This document shows, one piece after another, positions 1-7,710 of a stretch of 31,369 nt of DNA. The position numbers were made by a program, and so were the translations under genes. The notes under the pieces were generated by a model. The model made no database searches and had not been told where the DNA came from. It saw nothing but the letters and a program-made list of their open reading frames with translations. The DNA is from a virus (taxonomy: Duplodnaviria; Caudoviricetes): positions 1-31,369 of IMG/VR virus record IMGVR_UViG_3300027740_000011. One strand, written 5' to 3'. The stretch's first letter is position 1; the number at the start of each line of letters is the position of its first letter.

Positions 1-151
1 TTGCGTCACAGAGGTTTGCGTCACAGAGGTCTGCGCCACGGAGGTTTGCGCCACGGAGGTCTGCGTCACAGAGGTTTGCGTCACGGAGGTCTGCGTCACA
101 GAGGTCCACTTCAATAATTAAATTCCCTGTCCAACGATTTAATATTTTCAT
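1..151 (-). CDS. Pentapeptide-repeat protein, copy 2 (partial, runs off the left edge)
   Basis: Manual translation from ATG at 151: MKILNRWTGNLIIEVDLCDADLRDANLCDADLRGANLRGADLCDANLCDA. AGGAG RBS at 159-163. A(D/N)Lxx repeats. Confidence 0.85.
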   Translation of the reverse strand, partial: MKILNRWTGNLIIEVDLCDADLRDANLCDADLRGANLRGADLCDANLCDA

Positions 152-557
152 TTTACTTTCTCCTTTGGGCTTTGCTCTGGGGTATTGGTTGAAGCTTGAT
201 TACCTCTTCTGCTGAGTGGACTCCTGAGAGATGACCATTGGCATTTGTCCAGTCCTTTCGATCTAAGATGAGCATAGGCGTCTTGCCATCTCTGGGTTTG
301 CGTCACGGAGGTTTGCGTCACAGAGGTCTGCGCCACGGAGGTTTGCGTCACAGAGGTTTGCGTCACGGAGGTCTGCGCCACAGAGGTTTGCGCCACGGAG
401 GTCTGCGTCACAGAGGTCTGCGCCACGGAGGTTTGCGTCACAGAGGTTTGCGTCACAGAGGTCTGCGCCACAGAGGTCTGCGCCACAGAGGTCCACTTCA
501 ATAATTAAATTCCCTGTCCAACGATTTAATATTTTCATTTTACTTTCTCCTTTGGGC
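97..557. repeat. 74-bp exact direct repeat (97-170 and 484-557, 387 bp apart) covering the RBS and first 17 codons of both pentapeptide genes
   Basis: CACAGAGGTCCACTTCAATAATT...TACTTTCTCCTTTGGGC is identical in both places. Confidence 0.95.
263..538 (-). CDS. Pentapeptide-repeat protein, copy 1 (repeat tract ends abruptly, probably truncated)
   Basis: 12 full A(D/N)L(C/R)(D/G) units encoded by the 15-bp repeat GCA RAC CTC YGT GRC. AGGAG RBS. Confidence 0.85.
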   Translation of the reverse strand: MKILNRWTGNLIIEVDLCGADLCGADLCDANLCDANLRGADLCDADLRGANLCGADLRDANLCDANLRGADLCDANLRDANPEMARRLCSS

Positions 558-681
558 GGGGTATCTGGGGGAATCTCGTTTGAGCCCCTTACTTACCTTG
601 CTGGCTTCAGCCCTTGTTTTTTGGAGCAGGAGTTGGTCGGGTGGATGTCCGGTTTGTCCAAGCCTTGCTCTATGTAAGTAA

Positions 682-710
682 AGTATACTAAATCCTGAAA
701 CAAAAGTAAA
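682..710 (-). promoter_or_regulatory. Sigma70-like leftward promoter
   Basis: TTTACT (710-705), 17 bp, TATACT (687-682), with an AT-rich upstream tract. The same motif recurs at 7676-7704. Confidence 0.7.
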
Positions 711-764
711 CAAAATAATACAGTTTTTTTTTAAGCATTAAAAATTAGTTTAGAATAATCGAAA

Positions 765-1001
765 CTATCTTGGGTCTGTCTTCCTGCCATTCTTCCAAGA
801 ATATTTACCATGTTGTTTATTAGTAAGCACTACAAGATTAATAACTCTATTGTCATGCCTTATACCATTCTTGTGATGGACGTGCTCTGTAGGTTTTAAT
901 TTCCTTCCTAAAATCTTTTCCATTATTTCTCTATGTTCAAATACAGCCTTGGCATTTCTATATCTTATTCTATATCCATCAGAACTTATATTATATTTCA
1001 T
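765..1001 (-). CDS. HNH endonuclease
   Basis: [30 protein letters not shown] motif. AT-rich. TAATG overlap with the helicase stop. Confidence 0.9.
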   Translation of the reverse strand: MKYNISSDGYRIRYRNAKAVFEHREIMEKILGRKLKPTEHVHHKNGIRHDNRVINLVVLTNKQHGKYSWKNGRKTDPR

Positions 1002-2332
1002 TACTTCCTCCTATTTCGTCGGGAAAGGATTATCTCAGCAAAGTCTTTGTCAGATTGAAGTACAGCAAGACAGTCTTCATCTATGGTGCCACGGCATACC
1101 ATATCTATATAAGTACAAGATATGGCTTCATTCATACCAGGTCTTGTGGTTCGATCTTCCAACTGCTGCCGGCATTCAGCACTGTAGTCGTTGGAATAAA
1201 TAATGACATAAGAGGCACCAGCAAGCTCATTCAAACCTCTGGCACCACTCTGGGCATTTGCTATGAAAATATCTGCTCCACCAGTATTAAATTTCTGCTT
1301 GGCCTCAACCTTTGTCTTATAGTTTACACCACCATAGTAAACTACTGACCGGTGTCCCTCTTTCAGCATACGCTCCTGGATAGATTCGATCTCTTTTCGG
1401 AAACGTGCCCAAATGACAATTTTCTCTTTCTGCTCTCGTAACTGGCCAACCACCTCAACCAATGACTCAAGTTTTGGGTTTGGCAAGATCGGCCTAGCAT
1501 CCATCTCACCAACACTTCCATCTTCACTCTGCTTAATTCCTGGGAAGAATCCACCTGCGATCTGAGAGCATCGAAGGAACTTTGTAATAACCATCGGAGC
1601 AGCACATGAGAAGTCATCATAAGATGATACAGCATCCTCATACATGGCTTGGTATGACTTCTCCTGCTCTTTGGTCATCTGAACATAGACAGTCTGATAA
1701 ACTTTTGGTGGAAGGGAAAGGCAGTCAGACTTCTTCACCCGATAGGCAATGCTGTAAAGCTCTTCATCAAATCCCTCTGGGTCCTTTACTGAGAGCACCT
1801 TGCCAAAATAGTCTACATCAAAATATCTCTCAACATGAGGATAATATTTAGAACCAAATACCCCTTCATCCACAAAGTGGTACTGAGAGAAAGCCTCATC
1901 AGCACCTTTGGGTATTGGATTGCCGGTCATGATTATCTTGAATGGTGCTTTCTTAAAATACTCCACCATGGTCTTTGTGCGTCCTGCTGTACGGGTCTTT
2001 ATGATTGTAGACTCATCCACCACCACAAGGTCAAACTTCGATCTGAGCAACTCAGGCAGTACACTATCAAGTCCCTCAGCATTTATAAGCACCCAGCAGA
2101 GAGTATCAGGATTGCTCTCTGAGAAAGTGTTAATGTCTTCTATAGCTCTCAGCCGTTCCTTCTTGCTACCTATGGCTGATGCCCAAATGGATCGGGAAGA
2201 ATGTTTATCCAGCTGACCGCCTTCTCCTCCCCATCCATCAACAATGTTAAGGATGGTGACAACTAAGACCTTTTGGACAAGGCCAATGGAGTTGAGGATT
2301 TCGCCGGTGTCAATGATGACTTTTGTCTTCAT
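1001..2332 (-). CDS. SNF2-family (SF2) helicase/ATPase, main fragment starting inside Walker A
   Basis: Motif Ia KVLVV, motif II VVVDES, motif [15 protein letters not shown], motif V GARGLN, motif [12 protein letters not shown]. The ORF starts at MKT. Confidence 0.9.
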   Translation of the reverse strand: MKTKVIIDTGEILNSIGLVQKVLVVTILNIVDGWGGEGGQLDKHSSRSIWASAIGSKKERLRAIEDINTFSESNPDTLCWVLINAEGLDSVLPELLRSKFDLVVVDESTIIKTRTAGRTKTMVEYFKKAPFKIIMTGNPIPKGADEAFSQYHFVDEGVFGSKYYPHVERYFDVDYFGKVLSVKDPEGFDEELYSIAYRVKKSDCLSLPPKVYQTVYVQMTKEQEKSYQAMYEDAVSSYDDFSCAAPMVITKFLRCSQIAGGFFPGIKQSEDGSVGEMDARPILPNPKLESLVEVVGQLREQKEKIVIWARFRKEIESIQERMLKEGHRSVVYYGGVNYKTKVEAKQKFNTGGADIFIANAQSGARGLNELAGASYVIIYSNDYSAECRQQLEDRTTRPGMNEAISCTYIDMVCRGTIDEDCLAVLQSDKDFAEIILSRRNRRK

Positions 2333-2340
2333 TGTGCTCT

Positions 2341-2412
2341 TCAGCCCATGTCCATCAAGAGTGCAACTCCAAAACTCAATAGAGTTTCTTTTTTATCTTC
2401 TGGACGTGGCAT
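2341..2412 (-). CDS. 23-aa ORF carrying the first half of the helicase Walker A (MPRPEDKKETLLSFGVALLMDMG)
   Basis: Near-perfect Shine-Dalgarno AAGGAGGTGA at 2427-2418. ALLMDMG matches the SNF2 motif I pattern ALxMDMGTGKT. Confidence 0.7.
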   Translation of the reverse strand: MPRPEDKKETLLSFGVALLMDMG

Positions 2413-2568
2413 TGGCATCACCTCCTTTCTTTTTAATCCAATATTCTTTCAATCCTAGCATCATTTTATCATAATGCTTTTTATTATACATTGGATTATT
2501 CATTTTCATGCGCTTAGATTGTTCTGGACATTTCTTCCCATGATTTGTCTATATCTATTTACTCCCAT
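2393..2568 (-). pseudogene. Frameshifted small basic ORF with a NUMOD3-like motif
   Basis: MGVNRYR from ATG at 2568, then in the -1 frame TNHGKKCPEQSKRMKMNNPMYNKKH...ATSRR-stop. Very AT-rich. Confidence 0.4.
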
Positions 2569-2569
2569 T

Positions 2570-2908
2570 TCATTTCTCTTCTCTCACATGCTCCACAGAA
2601 CCATCAGGCAAGACCGGTCCCCACTTACGCTTCATGTTAATGGCCAGCTTCTTGAGAGTGGTATCAAAGAGCATGTCCACTGTCACCCCAGAATGGGCAG
2701 CATAGTCTAAGAGCAGCATGAAAATATCTGCCATCTCTGTGGGTGAGTTTGGCTTTGCTCTTAGCTCTTCTATTTCCTTGAGCATATGATTGAGCATGCC
2801 ATTTCTTCGATCTATTGGCATCTGCTTGCCATGACGATCTAAGATGCTTGACCCAAAGGTCTTATCACTCCAAGCTGCGATTGCATTTTGTAGCTGCTGT
2901 GCGTTCAT
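2570..2908 (-). CDS. DUF550-family dATP/dGTP pyrophosphohydrolase (MazG-like)
   Basis: WSDKTFG...LNHMLKEIEEL...EMADIFMLLLD...KLAINMKRKW...VEHVR signature. Confidence 0.85.
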   Translation of the reverse strand: MNAQQLQNAIAAWSDKTFGSSILDRHGKQMPIDRRNGMLNHMLKEIEELRAKPNSPTEMADIFMLLLDYAAHSGVTVDMLFDTTLKKLAINMKRKWGPVLPDGSVEHVREEK

Positions 2909-3153
2909 TCTTCTGTCTCCTTTTCGCTTCGATCTTTCATGACTTGCTTGAGACTGTACTTATCCACCTGTGACTTGAGAAGATCAACTGAATCATCCCT
3001 AAGACCTTCAGCAATACAATCCTTACAGACTACCTTCTCATACCTGACTAAGCAATCAGGACATACCTCAAAGTTGTCCCAGCATACAGCACAGATCTTC
3101 GAGACATATCCCAGATAAGACTTTTGACAATGAAGCACTTTACACTTAGCCAT
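2905..3153 (-). CDS. Cys-rich putative zinc-binding protein
   Basis: CxxxxC plus three CxxC pairs. Overlaps both neighbouring genes. Confidence 0.7.
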   Translation of the reverse strand: MAKCKVLHCQKSYLGYVSKICAVCWDNFEVCPDCLVRYEKVVCKDCIAEGLRDDSVDLLKSQVDKYSLKQVMKDRSEKETEE

Positions 3154-3475
3154 TTGGCCACCTATTCTCTATATGATTGTTGACTGAATAAGGAACTAAT
3201 TCTATGTGATCTGGATTGACACAATGCCTTCTCATACACTTGTGATGAATACAAAGATAAGAAGGAATAGAAGAGATGCCATTTACAATCCAATAAGCTA
3301 TTCGATGGGCATACTCTGCCTTACCATTAAACCAGAGAGCACCATACCCTTTCTTAGTGCATCCACCTAGCCATAACCAGCAATCATCATAGACCTCAGG
3401 ACTGGGATCAACTTTCTTGAGTGCTTGGATCTTGCTGAAGAATCTTTTTTGTACTGATTCTGAAATTGTGTTCAT
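3146..3475 (-). CDS. HNH homing-type endonuclease
   Basis: CWLWLG..KKGYG...AHRIAY...IHHKCMRRHCVNPDHIE motif. Confidence 0.9.
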   Translation of the reverse strand: MNTISESVQKRFFSKIQALKKVDPSPEVYDDCWLWLGGCTKKGYGALWFNGKAEYAHRIAYWIVNGISSIPSYLCIHHKCMRRHCVNPDHIELVPYSVNNHIENRWPNG

Positions 3476-3476
3476 T

Positions 3477-3788
3477 TCATTTCACCTTCATGCCAAACAT
3501 TGTGAGAGTAAACTCGAGAGCTTCAATCTGATGTGGAAGGCACTCTGTCTTAAAAGTATGCTTGTAGATGTGAATGACCTTCTTTCTCTTCTTCAGCCAT
3601 TCTTCTACCTCAGGATGACTCAGACCTAATGCCTTGAGCTTCTTATAGGCTACAGCAGTGAGGGGAAACTCCCATGCCTTGTATACCTTATTGAAAATGC
3701 CGCAATTCATTAATCTGATCTGAGTTACCAGAGCAGCATCATAAGGAAAGCGAAGCATGAACTTGCCATTCTCAATTGTTAGGTTCAT
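3477..3788 (-). CDS. N-terminal fragment of the SNF2 helicase (HARP-like domain plus Q motif)
   Basis: LRFPYDAALVTQIR...FNKVYKAWEFP (HARP-like) and FKTECLPHQIEALEF (Q motif). Start chosen at the ATGA overlap (3788). Confidence 0.7.
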   Translation of the reverse strand: MNLTIENGKFMLRFPYDAALVTQIRLMNCGIFNKVYKAWEFPLTAVAYKKLKALGLSHPEVEEWLKKRKKVIHIYKHTFKTECLPHQIEALEFTLTMFGMKVK

Positions 3789-4099
3789 TTGCCAAAACAC
3801 TCCGGCATGTCTTCTGGTATCCCAGGATGAAAATTAAACTCATAGCAATGGCGTCTCTCATGCCTCACCACAGCAGTATAGCAATCTGGGCTGTATCTAT
3901 CTTCTGACATGAGAGAGATATCACACAACACCTCATATTTATAGTCCTTCCATCGGGCATGCCCCAAATTAGATGCACCACCAGATATAGCCAGAAGTTG
4001 CTCAGGAGTTACTTCATGGTAGGTGATCTTTGTATGATTACCACAGCCAGGGCCAAGAAGAAACAAACCAAGCAGAATGGCATATATTATAATGGGCAT
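3785..4099 (-). CDS. Putative lipoprotein/exported protein with an HExxH motif
   Basis: Hydrophobic N-terminus ending LGPGC. HERRH motif. Confidence 0.6.
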   Translation of the reverse strand: MPIIIYAILLGLFLLGPGCGNHTKITYHEVTPEQLLAISGGASNLGHARWKDYKYEVLCDISLMSEDRYSPDCYTAVVRHERRHCYEFNFHPGIPEDMPECFGK

Positions 4100-4341
4100 G
4101 ATGTCTTCTCCAAGTCACCATCTTGGGTGACAGTATAATACTCATTGCAATTATTGCAGTAGAGATGGCCAACTCCTTGGATGGTAAGTCTGCCAACGCA
4201 GATCGGGCACTCCCAGTGTCTTCCCTCTCTATGTGCAGCCGGCAAAGGCTTGGGCCAACCGCTAGTGATGCTGTCTTGATAGCCTTGCTCTAGCTTCTGC
4301 TCTGCTATGACTGCGGCCTTGCTTGGCTTTTTGGTCTTCAT
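4087..4341 (-). CDS. Zinc-ribbon protein
   Basis: CPIC...CNNC. Lies in the gene run with overlaps. Confidence 0.7.
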   Translation of the reverse strand: MKTKKPSKAAVIAEQKLEQGYQDSITSGWPKPLPAAHREGRHWECPICVGRLTIQGVGHLYCNNCNEYYTVTQDGDLEKTSCPL

Positions 4342-4457
4342 GACTTCTCTCTCTTCTCTTTCCTATTCATAGGTATTTGAAAGGAAAGTCCAGCCAACCT
4401 ATCCATGAGCTTTCTGAACCATGACTTCTTAATTCCCTTCTCCATGTATTTGCTCAT
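4338..4457 (-). CDS. 39-aa hypothetical protein (not in the ORF track)
   Basis: MSKYMEKGIKKSWFRKLMDRLAGLSFQIPMNRKEKREKS. ATGA overlaps at both ends. Confidence 0.65.
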   Translation of the reverse strand: MSKYMEKGIKKSWFRKLMDRLAGLSFQIPMNRKEKREKS

Positions 4458-4906
4458 GGCAGTCTTCCCTCTTCAGTCTCAGCCACTATCTCTGGCATGG
4501 ACTTACCCAGTGCTTGCCTTGACTCCTCTGATATTGGGCCTGACTCCTCAAACGCTCCAACACACTTGGCATTTTCAAGATGTTCTTTATGCTCCTTAGC
4601 TATCTCAAGGAAGCCACCACCATAAAGGGAACGGATGGCATACCCACCAATAAGGCCCACCACATCAAATCCTTGTATGATATCTGTGATGAAGGTCTTG
4701 AATGTACGTCCTGTGGGAGCAAAATAAATAGCATCACCAGCATTACGAATATCTGACTTAACTTCAGTCAGCACCAAATCATCACCAACTTGGAACTGAC
4801 CAATGCTAAAGATGATGATACATTTCTGTCCACCTTCTTGGATACGATTGAACTCAACCTCTCCCACCTTTAGATCGTGCTTTCTCTTTTCCCTTTTCTG
4901 TTTCAT
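4454..4906 (-). CDS. ASCH/DUF3850-like domain protein
   Basis: HDLK...EFNRIQEGGQK...FQVGDDLVLTE...PTGR...ITDI pattern. Confidence 0.7.
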   Translation of the reverse strand: MKQKREKRKHDLKVGEVEFNRIQEGGQKCIIIFSIGQFQVGDDLVLTEVKSDIRNAGDAIYFAPTGRTFKTFITDIIQGFDVVGLIGGYAIRSLYGGGFLEIAKEHKEHLENAKCVGAFEESGPISEESRQALGKSMPEIVAETEEGRLP

Positions 4907-5096
4907 TGTGTGTGTCCTCCTCTTTCTTAGAGTTAGGTTTTATCTCTTCAAATGTAAGTCTCACATGCATATAGTTCTCATTGCGCTTTTCTTTATACAC
5001 AACTCCAAGGTGGAGCATGTCACCATTAGCGTTGGGACCCTTCATGAGCATGTTTACGTCATACGGGCTGATGTATCCCTCAAATATTCTAGCCAT
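4854..5096 (-). CDS. Hypothetical protein
   Basis: 80-aa ORF in the co-oriented gene run. Confidence 0.6.
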   Translation of the reverse strand: MARIFEGYISPYDVNMLMKGPNANGDMLHLGVVYKEKRNENYMHVRLTFEEIKPNSKKEEDTHNETEKGKEKARSKGGRG

Positions 5097-5277
5097 TATT
5101 GACTAGCCTTAAAGAGTGATGCACACCAGTGTTTTGATAGTCACGATAAAATCTGATGACTTTCGTATTAAGAGAGAAAGGAGAAGGAGTGACTTCAACC
5201 ACACCGGCCCTGAAAAGTTCATCTGATATCTCCACATCTTTTCTCCATCCATCAATCAGCAAAGTTATTGTAACCAT
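5089..5277 (-). CDS. Hypothetical protein
   Basis: GGAGGT RBS precedes the ATG at 5277, just after the primase stop. Confidence 0.6.
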   Translation of the reverse strand: MVTITLLIDGWRKDVEISDELFRAGVVEVTPSPFSLNTKVIRFYRDYQNTGVHHSLRLVNNG

Positions 5278-5278
5278 C

Positions 5279-7540
5279 TCAAAATACCTCCTTCTCGCCA
5301 GCAATCTTCTCTCGAATGTTAAATGTATACTGCCATGAGTTTGTAGTTATGTTTTTATAACGCTCATACCCATACATCTCAGCAAGTACAGTCACACGCC
5401 CATGGATCCACTTCCCAAAACCTTGGATGCTTATAGGGAAGCTCTTGAGATTTTTATCTTTTGCCAAAGGCATGAGATCGTTGTATAGGTCTTTTGCTGC
5501 TATCACTACCTTGCCAGTTTGATGATAGTTCTTACTGCTCTGGATCATCCAGTCATCTAGCAGGTCAAGCAATGGGTCAAACTCAGCACTGAATCCTTCC
5601 TGGAGCTTATTCATATTCTCGAATGTCTGCTGGCAAACCTCACGCTCTTTCGGGAAGACTTGGAATGCGAAGTCAGCCATCTCCACCTGCCGGCAATAGT
5701 TCTTTAATTCGATCTGCGCATTGCCATTCTCTTTGAGGTTAGCGAGTATGCTATTCAAGTTCAAGAGCAAGCTTGACCAGATTGTGCTACGTTCTTTTTC
5801 TAGGTTATTATAGAAGGTAAACTCATTGATCAACTTTGTCTTCTTAGCTGGATGGGATAAGCGAATGATACAAAGACGCTGAGCAATATCATTCTCTCTA
5901 ATCTTTGGTGAGTGAGCAGACACAGCCAGCCATACTTTTGGCCTGAACTTGATACTCTTCCGTGCATACTTCTCACGGAAGACAGACTCAGCGCCGGTAG
6001 CCAGCATGCGGAACTTTGTCTTGATACTTGGGTCACTCTCATTGAACTCATCGAAGAACAAATGGCGGGAAGACTTGATCATCTCAAGGAATATGTAGTC
6101 CTCTTCTGGGATGCTGTTGGGATTGAACCGGCCATCAGTGAATCCATTTAAGATGCCCTTTATGATTTTAAGGAGCATAGTCTTGCCAGACCCAGGCTCA
6201 CCAATGACACATAAGATGTTGCGCATCTGCGGTTCAAAGAAGGTCTGATAGAACCACGTCTTGAGCAGAAACTTCTGAGCATCACCCCCATCATGAAGGA
6301 ATAGATCGAAGAGACTCTCAAGGCTAGTGCCTGTCCTTATCCTGTGCATGTCTTCTATAAAGGATAGGTCAAGGTCATTGCTGGACTGAATATAGATGCC
6401 ATCAAAGCCCTGAGGCACTACAGATATGGCACTGATACTTCGATCGGATGTTATCCTGATCATGCCATTGTTCTTTGTACCTATATAGAGCAGACCGCCA
6501 TCATGGTCATAATGGCTAAAGGTATGAACCTTGCTATCAGTTGTTTGGAGTGCCAGCTGATACAAATGGTCATATATCTGACGCCAGAGAGTTACAGAAG
6601 GAAGGAACCCATACACACGACAGAGGTGGGTCTGAATACGCTCATCAGTTAAGATAGAAGTGCCATTAAGAGCTATGGCAAATTCCTGACTGCTATTATA
6701 TGGTATTATCTTGCCACCATTACTCTCTATGTCTTGCTGAATGAAGGTTGCTATGTTGACATACTTCTGCTCTGCTGTTCCTTGACTGTTTATTATTTCT
6801 GATATTGACTGCTGTGGGTTGAACTCTACCTCTTCAGCTTCTTCTATGAGAGAAGTAAGCAACCCATCAGCAAATGCCAATGAAGTTCTATGGTAAAGGT
6901 CACTGATGTCCTTGACTGCTATCTCTTCTCCATTGTATTCGATCTTCGATGGCAGGTGGATGCCCTTTACAAACCTAGCAATGCTGCTAAGTTTTATTGA
7001 CCACTTTCTTGCATATTCCTGCCCAGGCTTATCATTGTCAAATACAATGTACACTTCCTTATTTTCAAACAACTCCATCCACTCATCAGGAAAGTTGTTC
7101 ACTCCTGGGAGAGCCATAGCATATCTCTCCATCTCATACAGCGTAAGCATGTCCCAGAATCCCTCAGTCAAGAAGATTGTAGGAGCACTCATGCTGATGC
7201 CAAGCAAATTTAGATCGGGCTTTTGTTTCTGCTTATCTGAGGCATTGATGAAGCGGAGATTGTCTTGGTAGGTTGTATAGCTGACACAATGGTAACTGTG
7301 CTCACCCATCTTAATGCCGATGATAGGGTATGAGTTTTTACTCTTCTTGTCTGAGCTATCTGAACTGACAGCTTGGCCTTGTATAATGCCATGGGCAGTA
7401 AGAGTCTCAAACTTATAGTTCTTTGTAGTGATGAAATCCTTAAACAGCTTCTTGCTAAATGCAGCTGTGATGGGGATGGCATCTTCTATATGAAATTTTT
7501 TCTTGGATTTTGAAACAGTCTGCTGATTAGGGGAATACAT
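5279..7540 (-). CDS. DNA primase-helicase (TOPRIM domain plus SF3/D5-like P-loop helicase)
   Basis: TOPRIM: IFLTEGFWD, ALPG, IVFDNDKPG, KDISD. Walker A GEPGSGKT, Walker B LFFDE, RKSIKF/AQRL. Confidence 0.85.
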   Translation of the reverse strand: MYSPNQQTVSKSKKKFHIEDAIPITAAFSKKLFKDFITTKNYKFETLTAHGIIQGQAVSSDSSDKKSKNSYPIIGIKMGEHSYHCVSYTTYQDNLRFINASDKQKQKPDLNLLGISMSAPTIFLTEGFWDMLTLYEMERYAMALPGVNNFPDEWMELFENKEVYIVFDNDKPGQEYARKWSIKLSSIARFVKGIHLPSKIEYNGEEIAVKDISDLYHRTSLAFADGLLTSLIEEAEEVEFNPQQSISEIINSQGTAEQKYVNIATFIQQDIESNGGKIIPYNSSQEFAIALNGTSILTDERIQTHLCRVYGFLPSVTLWRQIYDHLYQLALQTTDSKVHTFSHYDHDGGLLYIGTKNNGMIRITSDRSISAISVVPQGFDGIYIQSSNDLDLSFIEDMHRIRTGTSLESLFDLFLHDGGDAQKFLLKTWFYQTFFEPQMRNILCVIGEPGSGKTMLLKIIKGILNGFTDGRFNPNSIPEEDYIFLEMIKSSRHLFFDEFNESDPSIKTKFRMLATGAESVFREKYARKSIKFRPKVWLAVSAHSPKIRENDIAQRLCIIRLSHPAKKTKLINEFTFYNNLEKERSTIWSSLLLNLNSILANLKENGNAQIELKNYCRQVEMADFAFQVFPKEREVCQQTFENMNKLQEGFSAEFDPLLDLLDDWMIQSSKNYHQTGKVVIAAKDLYNDLMPLAKDKNLKSFPISIQGFGKWIHGRVTVLAEMYGYERYKNITTNSWQYTFNIREKIAGEKEVF

Positions 7541-7596
7541 GATGTGTGTTCATCTCCTGTCTCACCATTTGTGTTATCTCTTCTCGTGATAATGGT

Positions 7597-7656
7597 TCCC
7601 TGCCCAGGCTCTTTAAGGGCTGCGCTTCCCTTATAGAGCCTGTAGGCGGGCAGGGA
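7597..7656 (-). promoter_or_regulatory. Long hairpin in the 5' leader of the primase gene
   Basis: Nested arms TCCCTGCCC/GGGCAGGGA, AGGCTCT/AGAGCCT and TAAGGG/CCCTTA. Confidence 0.6.
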
Positions 7657-7675
7657 GGAGAGACACACAGCCGAT

Positions 7676-7704
7676 AGTATATTAAATAACTTTTGTTAAG
7701 TAAA
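7676..7704 (-). promoter_or_regulatory. Sigma70-like promoter for the primase operon
   Basis: TTTACT (7704-7699), 17 bp, TATACT (7681-7676). Confidence 0.7.
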
Positions 7705-7710
7705 GAAGTT

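Noticed and set aside
148-504. ORFs 148-501 (QTSVT repeats) and 238-504 (GLRHR repeats)
   Set aside because: Alternative-frame shadows of the 15-bp pentapeptide repeat. Only the A(D/N)Lxx frame has an RBS and a known fold.
1-557. Diversity-generating retroelement TR/VR pair
   Set aside because: No reverse transcriptase in the window, and the variation is two-state transitions including C/T, not A-to-N.
2413-3476. Group I intron in the helicase
   Set aside because: No intron core elements were recognised. The gap is filled with tightly coupled ORFs and the downstream fragment has its own strong RBS. RT-PCR would settle it.
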